The notes under the pieces: model-generated
What the model was told of the DNA's origin: nothing
What the model saw: the letters and a program-made list of their open reading frames with translations, nothing else
Databases searched by the model: none
Assembly: GCF_009914755.1 (NCBI RefSeq)
Contig: NC_060942.1
Strand: one strand, 5' to 3'
Length of the DNA stretch: 64,000 nt
Origin: the human T2T-CHM13v2.0 reference genome, Homo sapiens
Shown here: in pieces, positions 14,217 through 27,103 of the stretch
Layout of the letters: every line of letters begins with the position of its first letter
Numbering within the stretch: the stretch's first letter is position 1
Made by a program: the position numbers and the translations under genes

Positions 14217-14783
14217 TCATTATTCTGGTTCCAACCAAGGACAATTTTAATCAGATTTTATTTTGTAATGCATTTGTCCACATTTATGACAACGGTTCTA
14301 CATCAGACAACACACAATTCCAGAGGGCCCTCGGCGGTTCCTACATGCTCTATGGTGGCAGCCACCTGCCTGGAGCATGCCAACAGAACGGAATGTTAGG
14401 CTCTTACTGCGTTAGTGTCTCTGTCCCTGAGATCTGTCCTGGACTGTCCCTGAACAGCAGCATTCAATTCCTTGTCTCAGGATTTCTATTTACTTTACTG
14501 GCACATGCTGACCTGACTTCCCCGACTGAGACAGAACACACCTCGAACATACTGAGCCACCACCTTTACCCCTAGAACAACTGCTGCTGCTGAGCACATG
14601 AAAAAAAAGATGCCTCTGGGATCTGAAGAACAGCATTAAGAATAAATCACCCTGAAGCTCCTCTCTTTTCCATAATTTGAGAAGAGCAAATCACATCTGA
14701 TTCGAATAGGATGGATCTTCTGTGAAAGCCAGAGAGGGAAAAGTTTGGGTCTAAGGGTAAAGGCAGTTGTTGCTCTATTGTAG

Positions 14784-15247
14784 TATGAAAGGAAAATACT
14801 GGGGCCCCGAATTACTAAGCTAAAGGGAAAATTTAAGCTGGGAACTGCTTAGGGCAAGCCTGCCTCTTGTTCTCTTTAAAGTCACCCCTCTGCTGAAATA
14901 AACACATATCTGATCGCCTCCTTTGGAGATGCTAATCAGAAACTCAAAATAATGCAACCGTTGGCCTCTTATCTACCTAATAACCTGGAAGCCCCCTCCC
15001 TGCTTCAAGTTGTCCCGCTTTACTTTGAGTTGTCCTGCCTTTTCCAGACCGAAACAATGTTCATGTTGCATATGTTGATTGATGTCTCATGTGCCCCCAA
15101 AATGTAGAAAACCAAATTATGCTCTGACCACCTGGAGCACATGTCGTCAGGACCTCCTGAGGATGTGTCATGGGCATGAGTCCTCAGCCTTGGCAAAATA
15201 CACTTTCTAAATTAACTGAGACTTGTCTCAGATATTCAGGGATCAGA
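14784..15247 (+). mobile_element. MER4A1-like ERV1 solo LTR
   Basis: tgaaaggaaaata...ctaagctaaagggaaaa...aagctgggaactgcttagggcaa...gtcaggacctcctgagg...ttggcaaaata...gtctcagatatt. Confidence 0.85.
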
Positions 15248-15254
15248 ATCGAAG

Positions 15255-15410
15255 GTCTCAGGGTTAGAAAATCTTGGGAATAATCTAGTTCAACATTCTT
15301 ATCTGTGATATCAGGCAAGGGAGTCCCCAAAATGTAAAGCGACTTGCCCAAAGTAGGAGCTGGTGTCTGGACGAGGGTGGGGGATCCTGACCCAGTTCTT
15401 TTTTCCATGG
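15255..15410 (-). mobile_element. MIR fragment
   Basis: atctagttcaac...gacttgcccaaagt...ctgacccagttcttttttcc. Confidence 0.5.
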
Positions 15411-15890
15411 GACTGTTTGCTCACTTCCAACATTTTACATTAAGTCAAATTTTTTAAAAACAAAATAAAAGGGGAAAAAAACTTCCTGTGGAAGAAGTCT
15501 AGCCCATATGTTGATGCCACACATCTGTGGGTGACTAGAGAATGCTGAAGTGGCCATGACATGCTGGCCACACTGGGGGGCCTGGCTTGCGACTTTAATC
15601 CACCTCTGTGTGCTTTCCATTAGAAGCCATCTCTCCCGTGGATGAGGAGAGGCACCAGAGCTCTGTGCTGCCGCTTTTGATTAGTTTATTTCCTTTAACT
15701 TGAGCATCAGTCGCCAACACATCTGAAACTGAAGTGACAACTTTTCATACCGCTTGACACTGAGGGGAGGCTGAGTAGAATATACATTGACAAGAGAAAT
15801 ATAAACTTATCAGACAGAGTTTTATTCTTGTGGACAATGTTCAAGGCACTCCCACTCATGTGGCCTCGGCTCTCTTGAAAAGAAAAGCCC

Positions 15891-16145
15891 ACTGGGAGGC
15901 TGAGGTAGGCGGATCACGAGGTCAGGAGTTCAAGACCATCCTGACCAACATGGTGAAACCCCATCTCTACTAAAAATACAAAAATTAGCTGGGTGTGGTG
16001 GTGCATGCCTGTAATCCCAGCTACTCAGGAGGCTGAGGCAGGAGAATGGCTTGAACCTGGGAGGTGGAAATCTCAGTGAGCCGAGATCACGCCACTGCAC
16101 TCCAGCCTGGTGACAGAATGAGACTCCATCTCAAAAAAAAAAAAA
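15891..16145 (+). mobile_element. 5'-truncated AluS (Sg/Sc-like)
   Basis: Starts at tgggaggctgagg; ggatcacgaggtcaggagttc; A tail; aaaagccc on both flanks. Confidence 0.93.
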
Positions 16146-16362
16146 GCCCCAAAATAACAGATATTGGATACCAGGAATAGGAGCTATGCCCAAGGGTAAC
16201 TAACAGACCCTAGTTTGGAAATACCCAGATCCACTGGGTAATAAAGCACATTCTCATCTTCCAATGCTTAGAAATAGCTCATGGTTCCTAACATTTTCAG
16301 TAACCTAAGGAAAAGAAGAATAAAAGGGGGCTTTCTGGTTTCTCCAAATACACCAACCACTA

Positions 16363-16568
16363 CAGCATTGTCTACTTCTGTATTACTTACGTTGGGGCCA
16401 GATACTTCTTCCCTGGGGAATTGGAAAGGCTGTTCTAAGCACTGTAGGATGGTTAGCAGCATTCCTGGTATCCACCTACTAAATGTCAGTAGCATTTATT
16501 ATAGTTGTGACAACCAAAAATGTCTCAGACATTGCCCAAAGCCCCCACCTCCCCGCTGAGAACCACTG
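16363..16568. mobile_element. MER20 hAT-Charlie
   Basis: gcactgtaggatggttagcagcattcctgg...agttgtgacaaccaaaaatgtctcagacattgcc...tgagaaccactg. Confidence 0.85.
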
Positions 16569-16799
16569 CACTCAAGTGTCTTATCCAACCACAGCAGCAG
16601 TTCCATTTAGTGTTTTGGGTTCTCTGCCTTGTCTTGTTGCTGACAATCCTAACCCTCCTTAGGAATCATGGGCTAAGTGTGAAGATTAAAGGGGAGAACT
16701 GGAGGTTAGCACCTGACCCCTAAGACACCCCCCAGGTACAGGGCTCCTGTTCTTCTCACAAAACCTGTGGACCCACTTGACTGGTCTGCCACTGTGCCT

Positions 16800-16960
16800 C
16801 ATAGTAGGGTGCTCCTGTACCCTCCGGAAAGCTCTCTTCCTTCGTCTTCACCAGGCTAAATCCTACCCATTGTTTAAGGTTCGAGTCAAAAGCAACTTCT
16901 CCTATGAAGTCTTCACCGCCACCTCTCCCCCGTCAGTTAACTTTCTTATACTTTCTCCTG
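16800..16960 (+). mobile_element. L2 fragment
   Basis: ggaaagctctcttcc...ggctaaatcctacccattgtttaaggtt...cttctcctatgaagtcttc. Confidence 0.5.
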
Positions 16961-17514
16961 AACTCATATACTTGTGACAAAAGAGAAAACTGCATGGTGA
17001 CCTGAAACCATGCCACTTCCACTGATTTCTTCTAGGGTCTTAGACTTCAGAGGTGATGTTGTCCAAGCCTGAGGCTTTACTCAGCTGAGCAGGTACCAGT
17101 CTAATCATAATCACCAGACCACACCATGAATGCCAAGTACGTGACAAGAAAAAGCTGAAACTTAAATGTTTTGTGCAAACAGACTAAGATTTTATTTGGA
17201 GACTTTTGCCAGAGACTGAGGCAAGAGACTCTTGGCTTAAGAACTCAGGCTCTTCAACTCCTCATCATACACACCCTGGAGTAGTGATGGGGGAAGGGAG
17301 CCCTTGCTGAGCCTGACAGCAGCAAGATCAGCCCCAATAGCTCAGGGTGGCTGGCAGCCACCCCCCAGTCCACACCCAACCTCTTTCAGTTACTATCTAC
17401 CCTGCTCCCAAACTCTTTTTTTAACTAGGTAAAAAACTAATACTCAATTTGCTAACTGTGAAGAGATTATGTAATTTTACAAAGGAAAAAGTCAAACTTT
17501 CGGAGACATGGTAA

Positions 17515-17812
<298 letters not shown>

Positions 17813-18344
17813 GTAACCATTTTTTAAGGCTAATTTCTAACCCTGTGTTGGATTCATCACCTGAACTCAGCACAGGGATGGGTTCTCCCAGTTAAGCACT
17901 TTTACTAAATTGAAACTTACACTTTCAACTTTAATTGTAAGCCCACAGAAAAAAACAAACAAACAAAACAAACAAAAAAACCCAGAACACATAGCCTAAA
18001 CTCTACTGAAGATACAAAATTAGAGATTCTCATGGATGAAAAGGAACTTCAAGGCACTTCCCCAGCTGTCCATTTCAATGCCCACGATTTCAGACATTTC
18101 TTCCACTGATCTGACCGTAACTTCTCCTGGGGGTAGGAGGAGGTAGAGGGCAAAACTGTGCCCAAGTGAGAAGCATAGCAAGATGAGAATGTGTTGCCCT
18201 TTGGTTTTAGCTTTTCATTATCAAATGGCCAATGCCCTTTTTCTAAAGGGTGATATAAATCAATTTCCATTGAGATTTATTATGAGGAGGAAAAAAGCTT
18301 CTCCCCTATAAATAGCAGCCTAAGGCCTTACCCTGTCACTGCTT

Positions 18345-18348
<4 letters not shown>

Positions 18349-18380
<32 letters not shown>
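18349..18380. repeat. (TG)16 microsatellite
   Basis: Read directly. Confidence 0.97.
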
Positions 18381-18385
<5 letters not shown>

Positions 18386-18482
18386 CTGCGACTACTGAGT
18401 TGAAGAAGAGATCTTTCCACACAGAGAAGGGCAATTTTTTTGTCTTAAGGGCTGCCTTTTTATTAGGACCCTTTAAACAAAC

Positions 18483-19548
18483 TGATATGGTTTGGATCTG
18501 TGTCCCTGTGCAAATCTCATGTTGAAATGTAATCCTCTGTGGAGAAACAGCAACACTTTTACACTGCTGGTGGGACTGTAAACTAGTTCAACCATTGTGG
18601 AAGTCAGTGTGGCGATTCCTCAGGGATCTAGAACAAGAAATACCATTTGACCCAGCCATCCCATTACTGGGTATATACCCAAAGGACTATAAATCATGCT
18701 GCTATAAAGACACATGCACACGTATGTTTATTGCGGCATTATTCACAATAGCAAAGACTTGGAACCAACCCAAATGTCCAACAATGATAGACTGGATTAA
18801 GGAAATGTGGCAAATATACACCATGGAATACTATGAAGCCATAAAACATGATGAGTTCATGTCCTTTGTAGGGACATGGATGAAATTAGAAACCATCATT
18901 CTCAGTAAACTATCGCAAGGACAAAAAACCAAACACCACATGTTCTCACTCATAGATGGGAATTGGACAATGAGAACACATGGACACAGGAAAGGGAACA
19001 TCACACTCTGGGGACTGTTGTGGGGTCGGGGGAGGGGGGAGGGATAGCATTAGGAGATACACCTAATGCTAAATGACGAGTTAATGGGTGCAGCACACCA
19101 GCATGGCACATGTATACATACGTAACTAACCTGTACATTGTGCACATGCACCCGAAAACTTAAAGTATAATAATAAAAAAAAAAGAAATGTAATCCTCAA
19201 TCTTTGAGGTGGGGCCTGGTGGGAAGTGATTGGATCACAGGGGAGGTTTCCAATGGTTTAGCTCCATTCCCCTAGTGCTGGTCTTGTGATAGAGTTCTTG
19301 CGAGATCTGGTTGTCTAAACTGTTTAGCACCTCCCCGTTGTCCCTCTTGCTTGTGCTTCACCATGTAAGATGCCTGTTCCCCCTTCACCTTCCACCACAA
19401 GTAAAAGTTTCCCGAGGCCTCCCCAGAAGCAGAAGCTGCTATGCTCTCTGAATAGCCTGCAGAACTGCAAGCCAATTAAACCTCTTTTCTTTATAAATTA
19501 CCCAGTCTCAGGTATTTCTTAATAGCAATGCAAGAACGGACTAATACA
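18483..19548 (+). mobile_element. MSTA/B MaLR solo LTR split by an L1PA
   Basis: tgatatggtttggatctgtgtccc...gaacggactaataca; 5-bp TSD caaac at 18478-18482 and 19549-19553. Confidence 0.9.
18538..19184 (+). mobile_element. 5'-truncated L1PA (PA2/3-like)
   Basis: ORF 18595..19047 is the L1 ORF2 C-terminus; 3'UTR taatgctaaatgacgag...gtaactaacctg; TSD gaaatgtaatcctc at 18524-18537 and 19185-19198. Confidence 0.96.
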
Positions 19549-19579
19549 CAAACTCAAAGCCTTTGTATGTGCCCTGAGA

Positions 19580-20185
19580 GAATCCATCCAGAAGACAAGT
19601 TTGATTCTATGACTCTCCTGCTTGAGATTGGCAAGTTAACAGTTTCCTATTGCTGTAAGGCAAAGGATCAGAATGCAACACACATGTTCTGCCCTTCACC
19701 TGGCTTGCAAGACGCACCATGGCTCATGACCTCCCAGCTGTCCGAGTTGGAGTCACACTGTCCTGCTTTAGTTTCTGCAGCAGCCCGCCATGTTCCTTCC
19801 AGCCAAAAAGCCTTCAACATGTTCCCTCAATATGGAATAGCCCTGGCTCACCCTTCAGATCTCGTAAGTGTCATCTGTTACAGGCAACCCCTTCTGATGC
19901 CACCTCTACTCCCAAGGTACCCAGGTCTCTCTGTTACAAGCCCTCTTATCCCCCATGTAATCACCTTCATGGCACTTCAATGCTATCTGAAATCACAATG
20001 GCCATTTTACATTTTTGGCCATTTTACATTTATTTGGTGAACATCTGATTATTATCTGCCTCTCCACCAAGACTGCAGGCTCCTGAAAATAAGAATCCTG
20101 TTGGGCTATCACTGAATTCCCAAAATCAAGCTCAAGGTTTCACATGTCCCAGAAACTCAGAAAATAACTGGTGGATGAGTGAATA
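19580..20185 (+). mobile_element. L2 3' part
   Basis: gactctcctgctt...ctcacccttcagatctc...gactgcaggctcctgaaa...ggatgagtgaat L2-type terminus. Confidence 0.7.
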
Positions 20186-21399
20186 TTCAATCAAATCCAT
20201 TGGGATTTTCTGAGAACCACTTTCAGGTACCTCAAATTCTAGCTTCTCCAGTCAGAGGTGGAAAAGTGGCAAAATATCTTATTTTGTTAAGTATCAGCAA
20301 AACAACTTTTTAGCCATCATAAACCCAAGTGGAAGGAAAATTACAAAGAGATGCTGAAGATGCCTGGCACCCTGATCCACTCCTCATCCAGTATTGCATT
20401 CTTCATTGTGTGCATCATAGCCATACATTTTCATCAAGCTTGTACAAACAGCTTAATCCACACACATAGGCATTAATATCATTTAAAAATTGTCACTTAG
20501 TCAAAGTGGCATGTCCTATTTAAATAAGTTTAAGTTGCCTACATGTATTTCAACTACTATTTCTAAACCTGCTGCCATGATTTTAAGTGTCTAGCAATAA
20601 AATTTTAGATCAAAGGAGTAAACTTAGGGTTTGGAAAAATTTGCTACAAAGTTCAGATCAAAATGGAGGAAAATCTTTCTTTTTAGTAATAATATTGGCC
20701 TTTTAGTAATTTCACTTTTAATTTGATGCATGTAAAATACAGGTGACATATGTACATGTAAAATAGTACACGAAAACTAGTATCATGGACATGAGAAATG
20801 CTCAGCCTAACTTTAATGCTCCACTTTAGTCATAAGAGATTTCTCATGAGTTCAGTCCAATAAAGGACTCAAAGTTTTTAAAACAAAAGTCACATGATAC
20901 TCCCTGGGAAGAAGAGGGAATGAGCCACTGGATTACCCTCTTCTTTCCATTTCAACCACAGGGAGGCTAGTAGCATGAAAATAGTGTGTGTATGTGGGTG
21001 GGAAGAATCAAATCTACACAAACACACTTGAGAAGAAGATAATCTCCATGTCTGGAAATAGAAAAACATAATGGTGAGTGGCTGAAATCCTCTGGCCCAT
21101 GGGGAGTGGCCCCCACTGTGTTTAGCTTCAACAAGCATGCTTTGGGACACAACCAGAACTAAGCTCCCTGGAAGAAGTAATGAGCTAGGACCAGACCAAT
21201 GTTAAAACTAAAATATCCCTTCATCAAACCCTAGATATGATCAGAAATGTAATACTCTCCTACGGCCAAGGAGGAAAGAACATCTGCGATGGGAAAGAAA
21301 AGTTGGCCAGCACTGCAAGGGAGCTCAGCATCCAGAATGGACCTCCTCTGCATGACAAAGCCCAAAATTTTCAACAAAAGTTTCAGACCCATTCAACAC

Positions 21400-22825
21400 T
21401 GTGCACCCCTCATAGACAGGCTAGAGAAACCATGAAAACACATAAGATGATTTCACATAAAAATTATAAAAGCTTAATAGGAAATCCAGTAAGAAACACC
21501 TGAAAGGCACAACAGATGAGAATTCATGTGATGCAACCTGATAAAGCATTCTGCAAAGTACCTTAAAAACGTTCTTTATTCTTTGAGAAGGGATAGCAAA
21601 CTTTCCATGAGTCTGGAGATCAGAAAAAACAGAGGGCAGATATGAAACAGAATGAAATGGAAACCGTGAACATGGAAATAAAATCTTTAAGTTATAAAAG
21701 AATAGATATTCATTTCGTTAGGAAGAAAAACTGGTGAACATGAAGGAAGAATTGAAGATGACTTCACTGGTAAGTTCTACCAATGTGCACAGAATATCTA
21801 ACTCCACAGAAACTCTTTTGGAAAATTAAGATGTACTTCCCAAATTGCTTTATAAACCTTAAAGCCCAGTAACTATGAGAAAGGAAGCTAATCTCAGTCA
21901 TGAATATCAATGTGAAAATCCTAAACAAAATGTTAACACTCCAAATCTAGCAACAAAGAATATATTGTGGTCAGCTTGGGTTTATTTCAGGAATGGAAGT
22001 GTAACACTGAAAACAATAAAAAGGACTTGTCACCTCAACAGACTGCAGAAGAAAAATCATAATCATCTCAACAGGTACCAAAAAGCATTTGCTAGCATTC
22101 AACAGTCATGTATGAAAAAACGTTTTACCAAACCAGGAATAGAAGAGATTTATTTTAATCCCGTTATATTAGTCAGGACAGAACATGTTATAGGAACTAA
22201 CAGACTCCATTTTCAAGAGCTTAACATATAAAGTATATTTCTTGCTCATACACAGTCTGCTTATGGTCTATAGGCTTTTTGGAGTAGCTGTCTTCCAAGA
22301 AGCGACTCAGATCTAGGACGCATTTGTCTAATCTATCGCCACTCCTATTCAGCATTTTTCTGAAAGTCTCAGCTACTGAGTTAGGCAAGAAAAAGAAATA
22401 TGAAAGAAAAATAAAATTTATCTTAATCACAGATAAGATTATAAAACAGAACCCAAAAGAATCTTGAAGTTAATTACTAACATAAGTTTAGCAAGTTTGC
22501 TAGATAAAAATTTATACTTGAAATCAATTGTACTTTTTGTAAAGAGGCAACAAATGAATTTTTGAAGATACTATTTTTGATAGCAAGGAGCCAGCAATAA
22601 GTTGGAGAAAAGAACTCTACAAAGAAAATATAAAGCTTTGCAATAAATTAGAGAAGGCTAAGAAGAAATCGGATCCTGATAATGAGTTGGAAGACTTGTA
22701 TTATACATATGTTGGTTCTTAAATTCATCTATAGATTGAATAAAATCCTAATAGATTGTTTTAGCAGAATTTGATGCTAAAATTTACATAGCTCAAAGGG
22801 CCAAGAATAGCCAAGATTAACTTTT
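21400..22825 (+). mobile_element. Old L1M (ORF1-like piece then degenerate ORF2 RT region)
   Basis: gatgacttcactggtaagttctaccaa, tgaatatcaatgtgaaaatcctaaacaaaatgtta, gggtttatttcaggaatg, ccactcctattcagcat...aggcaagaaaaaagaaata correspond to L1 ORF2 motifs. Confidence 0.7.
22163..22330 (-). mobile_element. MLT1(J/K/L)-like LTR fragment within the L1
   Basis: tatattagtcagga...gcttaacatataaagtatatttcttgctcata resembles a reverse-complement old MLT1 3' end. Confidence 0.5.
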
Positions 22826-23242
22826 GGTTTTTGAGGTATAGCCTATATACAAGTAAATTCTATAATTACATTAATCTGAGTGTACAGCCTGATTATTTCT
22901 GACATGTGTGCAGACCACATAACCACCACTTGGATTAAGAGGTAAATATTGGCTGGGTGTGGTGGTGCATGCCTGTAATCTTAGTACTTGGGAAGGCCGA
23001 AATGCGAGGATTGCTTGAGTCCAGGAGTTTGAGACCAGCTTGGGAAACTTCGTGAGACCCCATCTCATTATAAAGAAAGAAAAAAAAGAGGTAAATATTT
23101 CCAGCACTCTGTGTGGTTTCCTTGTGCCCTTTCCAGATTATAACCTCCTAATACTGAACTTTTCCCACCAGTGATTAGCTTTGCTTGATTTTGATCCTCA
23201 TATAATTGGAACCACGCAGTATGTTTTCTTTTTGACTGGTTT
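22825..23242 (-). mobile_element. Old L1M 3' end
   Basis: ttgaggtata...gtgtacagc...aaccaccact...aatatttccagcac...ttagctttgcttgattttga...cagtatgtt. Confidence 0.7.
22951..23085 (+). mobile_element. FLAM_C Alu monomer
   Basis: Single left-type monomer with A tail; 14-bp TSD aagaggtaaatatt at 22937-22950 and 23086-23099. Confidence 0.9.
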
Positions 23243-23249
23243 AACTCTT

Positions 23250-23910
23250 GTAGGTAATTTTTCTACCAGATAGCAAGAAGTATTTCTCTTCTTAATTCTA
23301 GAGGGCCCCTCTTGCTGGGCTAATGCAGCCCCTGGTAGCTCTAGCAATGAGAGCTAGCAATGGCAGTATACAGCTCTTCTGGCATCTGGTTCATGCACTG
23401 AACCAGAAGTGCTTCTCAGAACCAACCTCCAGCAGTGCCAAGTGACCAGCAATGCCCAGCATTTTTCAGCTTCCCCTAGCATCCTCTCAAGCAGCTGCTC
23501 AGTGGAAGACCACCTGTGAGGCACCTCAAAGGCTCCCCTGATGCCCCCTCGGGAGGCTTTGCAGCAGGCTACTGCAGGTGAGGAACCATCCCATGCACAA
23601 CTTCCCCAGTAACCCCTTGGGTAGCTTCACAGTGATTTGTAAGGTGTGATACTTCCTGACGGATGGCTTTCCCAGCATCCCAGAGGGAGGATGTCCTGAA
23701 AGTTCCAGTAGCACAGCATCTTAGCAATGTAACCACGCATTAAAGCACAGCCATGCCCTTCCAGGAAGGTCTGGAACTCAACCCTTGGGGATCCCTGTGG
23801 ACAGGGAAAGGGAGAGTGAATCTCTTTCCTGGTCTCTATCTCAGCCTTAGGGGCAGTATATCTACTTCCTAGATTGCCAATTCACCAACTTACATTATAG
23901 TTATCTAGGA
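23250..23910. mobile_element. Probable ancient LTR element (family uncertain) with an internal degenerate ~65-bp array
   Basis: GC-richer island between L1 pieces; ccatgcccttccaggaaggtctggaactcaaccc...ctctatctcagccttaggggcagt resembles old mammalian LTRs. Confidence 0.45.
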
Positions 23911-24184
23911 GAGGATAGTTCATCAATATGGGCCACATTAGTGATAGAAAGCTTAAACTCACCAATTTTACATAATAAATAGAGAAAGTTACCTCTTACA
24001 AAAGCAACAGGCCCATATGGTTTTACTGAGTATTCTACAAACCGTCAAAGACCAGCTAAGTAAGTCCAATATCACTGATAGCACCACAAAAGACTATTTC
24101 AACCAATATCACACGATAATATCGACGTAAAACTCCAAAAGACAATAACAGAATACAATCTCATTAAAAATGTTACACACCATG

Positions 24185-24492
24185 GGCCAGGCACGGTGGC
24201 TCACACCTGTAATCCCAGCATTTTGGGAGGCCGAGGTGGGTGGATCACGAGGCCAGGAGATCGAGACCATCCTGGCTCACATGGTGAAACCCCGTCTCTA
24301 CTAAAAATACAAAAACAAAATTAGCCGGGTGTGGTGGTGGGCGCCTGTAGTCCCAGCTACTCAGGAGGCTGAGGCAGGAGAATGGCGCGAACCCAGGAGG
24401 CAGAGCTTGCAGTAAGCCGAGATTGCGCCACTGCCAGGGCGACAGAGCGAGACTCCATCTCAAAAAAAAAAAAAAAAAAAAAGAAAGAAAAA
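24185..24492 (+). mobile_element. AluY with a small right-arm deletion
   Basis: gagatcgagaccatcctggct, gagaatggcg, gagcttgcagt; TSD aaaaatgttacacacc(a/t)tg at 24166-24184 and 24493-24511. Confidence 0.95.
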
Positions 24493-25633
24493 AAAAATGT
24501 TACACACCTTGACCAGCTAGGATGTACTTCAGGAGTGTATATTTGCTCAACAGTAGGAAACGTATCAATATAACATAGCATATTATTAGGAAAGAGAACC
24601 ATAAGATTATTTCCATAGTGCTAAGAAAAAGCTTCTGACAATTCAGCACCCATTCTTGATTAAAAGACACACACCGACAAAACAGAAATTGATGGATATG
24701 TAATTAATCCTAAAGTCAGCATCTTTACTTACCTTTCTTAATGTGAAACGCGAATTTCCACTATAGTCAGAAGCAAAACACAGACACTACCCCCACTACT
24801 ACTGAACATTATTACTTCTTAACATTAACATTCTATTTAGCCAAATCAATTAGAGGCATAAGAATTAGAACAGTAGTAAAACTATATGTGCAAATGAGAC
24901 AGTGTATCTAGAAAAACAATGAATATCTCCACAGCAAAAAATTTAGTAAAGAAGCATATAAAATATAAAGATAAAATGCTCAGAAAAAAGCTTAAGAAAT
25001 TTGAAAAACATAAATGAAGAATGTTTTAAAACACTCTTGAACGGCAAAAAGGTAAACAATAAAAAGATATTCCTTGTTCTTGGGCTAGATGACTCAGTAA
25101 GGATCAGTTCTCCTTAATTTATAAATTTCAATAAAATTACAAACTCCAAAAATATCAAATTTTTGTTTTTTTATGGAGCTAGGCATGATGATACCAACTC
25201 CACATGGAAAACTGAACATGCAAGAATAGTCAATAAAACACCAAAAAAGAAAAGCCACAGGAGGAATATCCCAGACAGATATTAAAACATACAACCGCAT
25301 CTTAAGTTAAAACAGGGTTGTATCGCACATGAGTAAGAGGACAGAGACCAATGGATTAGAGCAGAAAATTCAGAATTAGACCTGACTACTTTGGAAATTT
25401 TGTATATGAAACATGGTAACTCAAATCACTGGGGCAAAAATGGGTTTTAATAAGTTGTATTAGGACAACTAAATAGTCCATTAGTAAAAAGATAAAATTA
25501 GATACAGACTTCACTCCATACATAAGAATAACCTTCAAAGGATCTGAGGTGTAAGTGTGAAAATTTAAACTACAAAAGTGCTAGAAGGAAACAGGGACTC
25601 CTCTGTAACCTGGGCATAAAAAGCTGCTAAGTA

Positions 25634-26024
<391 letters not shown>

Positions 26025-26576
26025 TTACTTTTGCATAGTGAAAAATGCCATAAGCAAAGTCAAAGAACAAAAGAAAAACTGGGAGAAAATATTTGCATCA
26101 TGTATCACAAATTAAAGGCTGATATCCCTAATATGTATTAATAATTACATATATCACATATACATCGTATAAACTCAACAACTGGAGGGACTCCAAAAGC
26201 CCAAGAGAAAAATGGACAAAATTCATGAACACACAGTTCATAAGATAAAAATGATCTTAAGTGTGTTAAGAGATTTCCAAGTCTACCCATAAGAAGACTG
26301 GCAAAAATGAAAGAGCTCGAAAACACTCTGTTGCTGAGGCTGTAGAGAAACAGGCACACTCATACATTGCTGGTGGGCATACAAACTGGTTCAATCCTTA
26401 CAGAAAGGAAATAGGCAATACCTAAAACAGAAACTACAAGTCCATTTACCTCTTGACCCCAGCAGTCTCGCTTTTAGGTATTCGTGCTTCAGATACAATA
26501 AAAATGTGTGTGCACAAGGCTATTAATTTCAGGATTATGTATCGTTACAAAACATTGGAAAGAGTAAATACCTATA

Positions 26577-27103
26577 CAGGTTAAGCCTCCTTAAACCAAA
26601 AATGCAAAATGCTCCAAAATCTAAAACTTTGAGCATTGACATGATGCCCCAGATAGAAAATGCCACACTTGACCTCATGTGACACGTCCCAGTCAAAATG
26701 CAGTCAAAACTTTGTTTCATGCACAAAATTACCAACAACATTATATGAAGCTGGGCATCATAATGTGCACCTGTAGTTCCAGCTACTCAAGAGGCTTAGG
26801 CAGGAGGACCACTTGAGCCTATGAGTTCAAGGCTACAGTGAGCTATTATCCTGCCTGTGAACAGCCACTGCACTCCAACCTGGGCAACACAGCAAGTCTG
26901 CGTCTCGAAAAAACAAAATAAATAGTTATTTTCAGGCTATGTGTATAAGGTATATATTAAACAAATGAATTTTGTGTTTAGACTTGGGTCCTAGCCCCAA
27001 AAAATCTCATTATGTATATACAAGTATTCCAAAGTCTGGAAAAAATCTGAAATCTAAAACTTTTCTGGTTCTAAGCATTTTGAAAAAGGCAACTCAAAAC
27101 CCG
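26577..27103 (+). mobile_element. Tigger4b (Zombi)-like TcMar DNA transposon interrupted by a FAM
   Basis: ta|caggttaagc...gacctcatgtgac...gtcaaaactttgtttcatgcacaaaatta...ttcaggctatgtgtataagg...aagcatttt...actcaaaacccg|ta; TA flanks. Confidence 0.85.
26750..26922 (+). mobile_element. FAM fossil Alu monomer
   Basis: Monomer with the FAM-diagnostic gcctgtgaacagccactgcactcc. Confidence 0.85.

Noticed and set aside
18595-19047. 150-aa ORF
   Set aside because: L1 ORF2 C-terminus without promoter, endonuclease or RT domains.
19528-20048. 170-aa ORF, the longest in the window
   Set aside because: Runs from an LTR end through pyrimidine-rich L2 sequence; chance ORF.
23467-23710. Regularly spaced repeats as a CRISPR-like array
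   Set aside because: Mammalian DNA, degenerate tandem units without unique spacers, and no cas genes.
21757-24040. Two L1 pieces both showing the GPDGF-region motif, suggesting a local duplication
   Set aside because: The second piece extends further 5' and the two are highly diverged from each other; independent old L1 copies are the simpler explanation.
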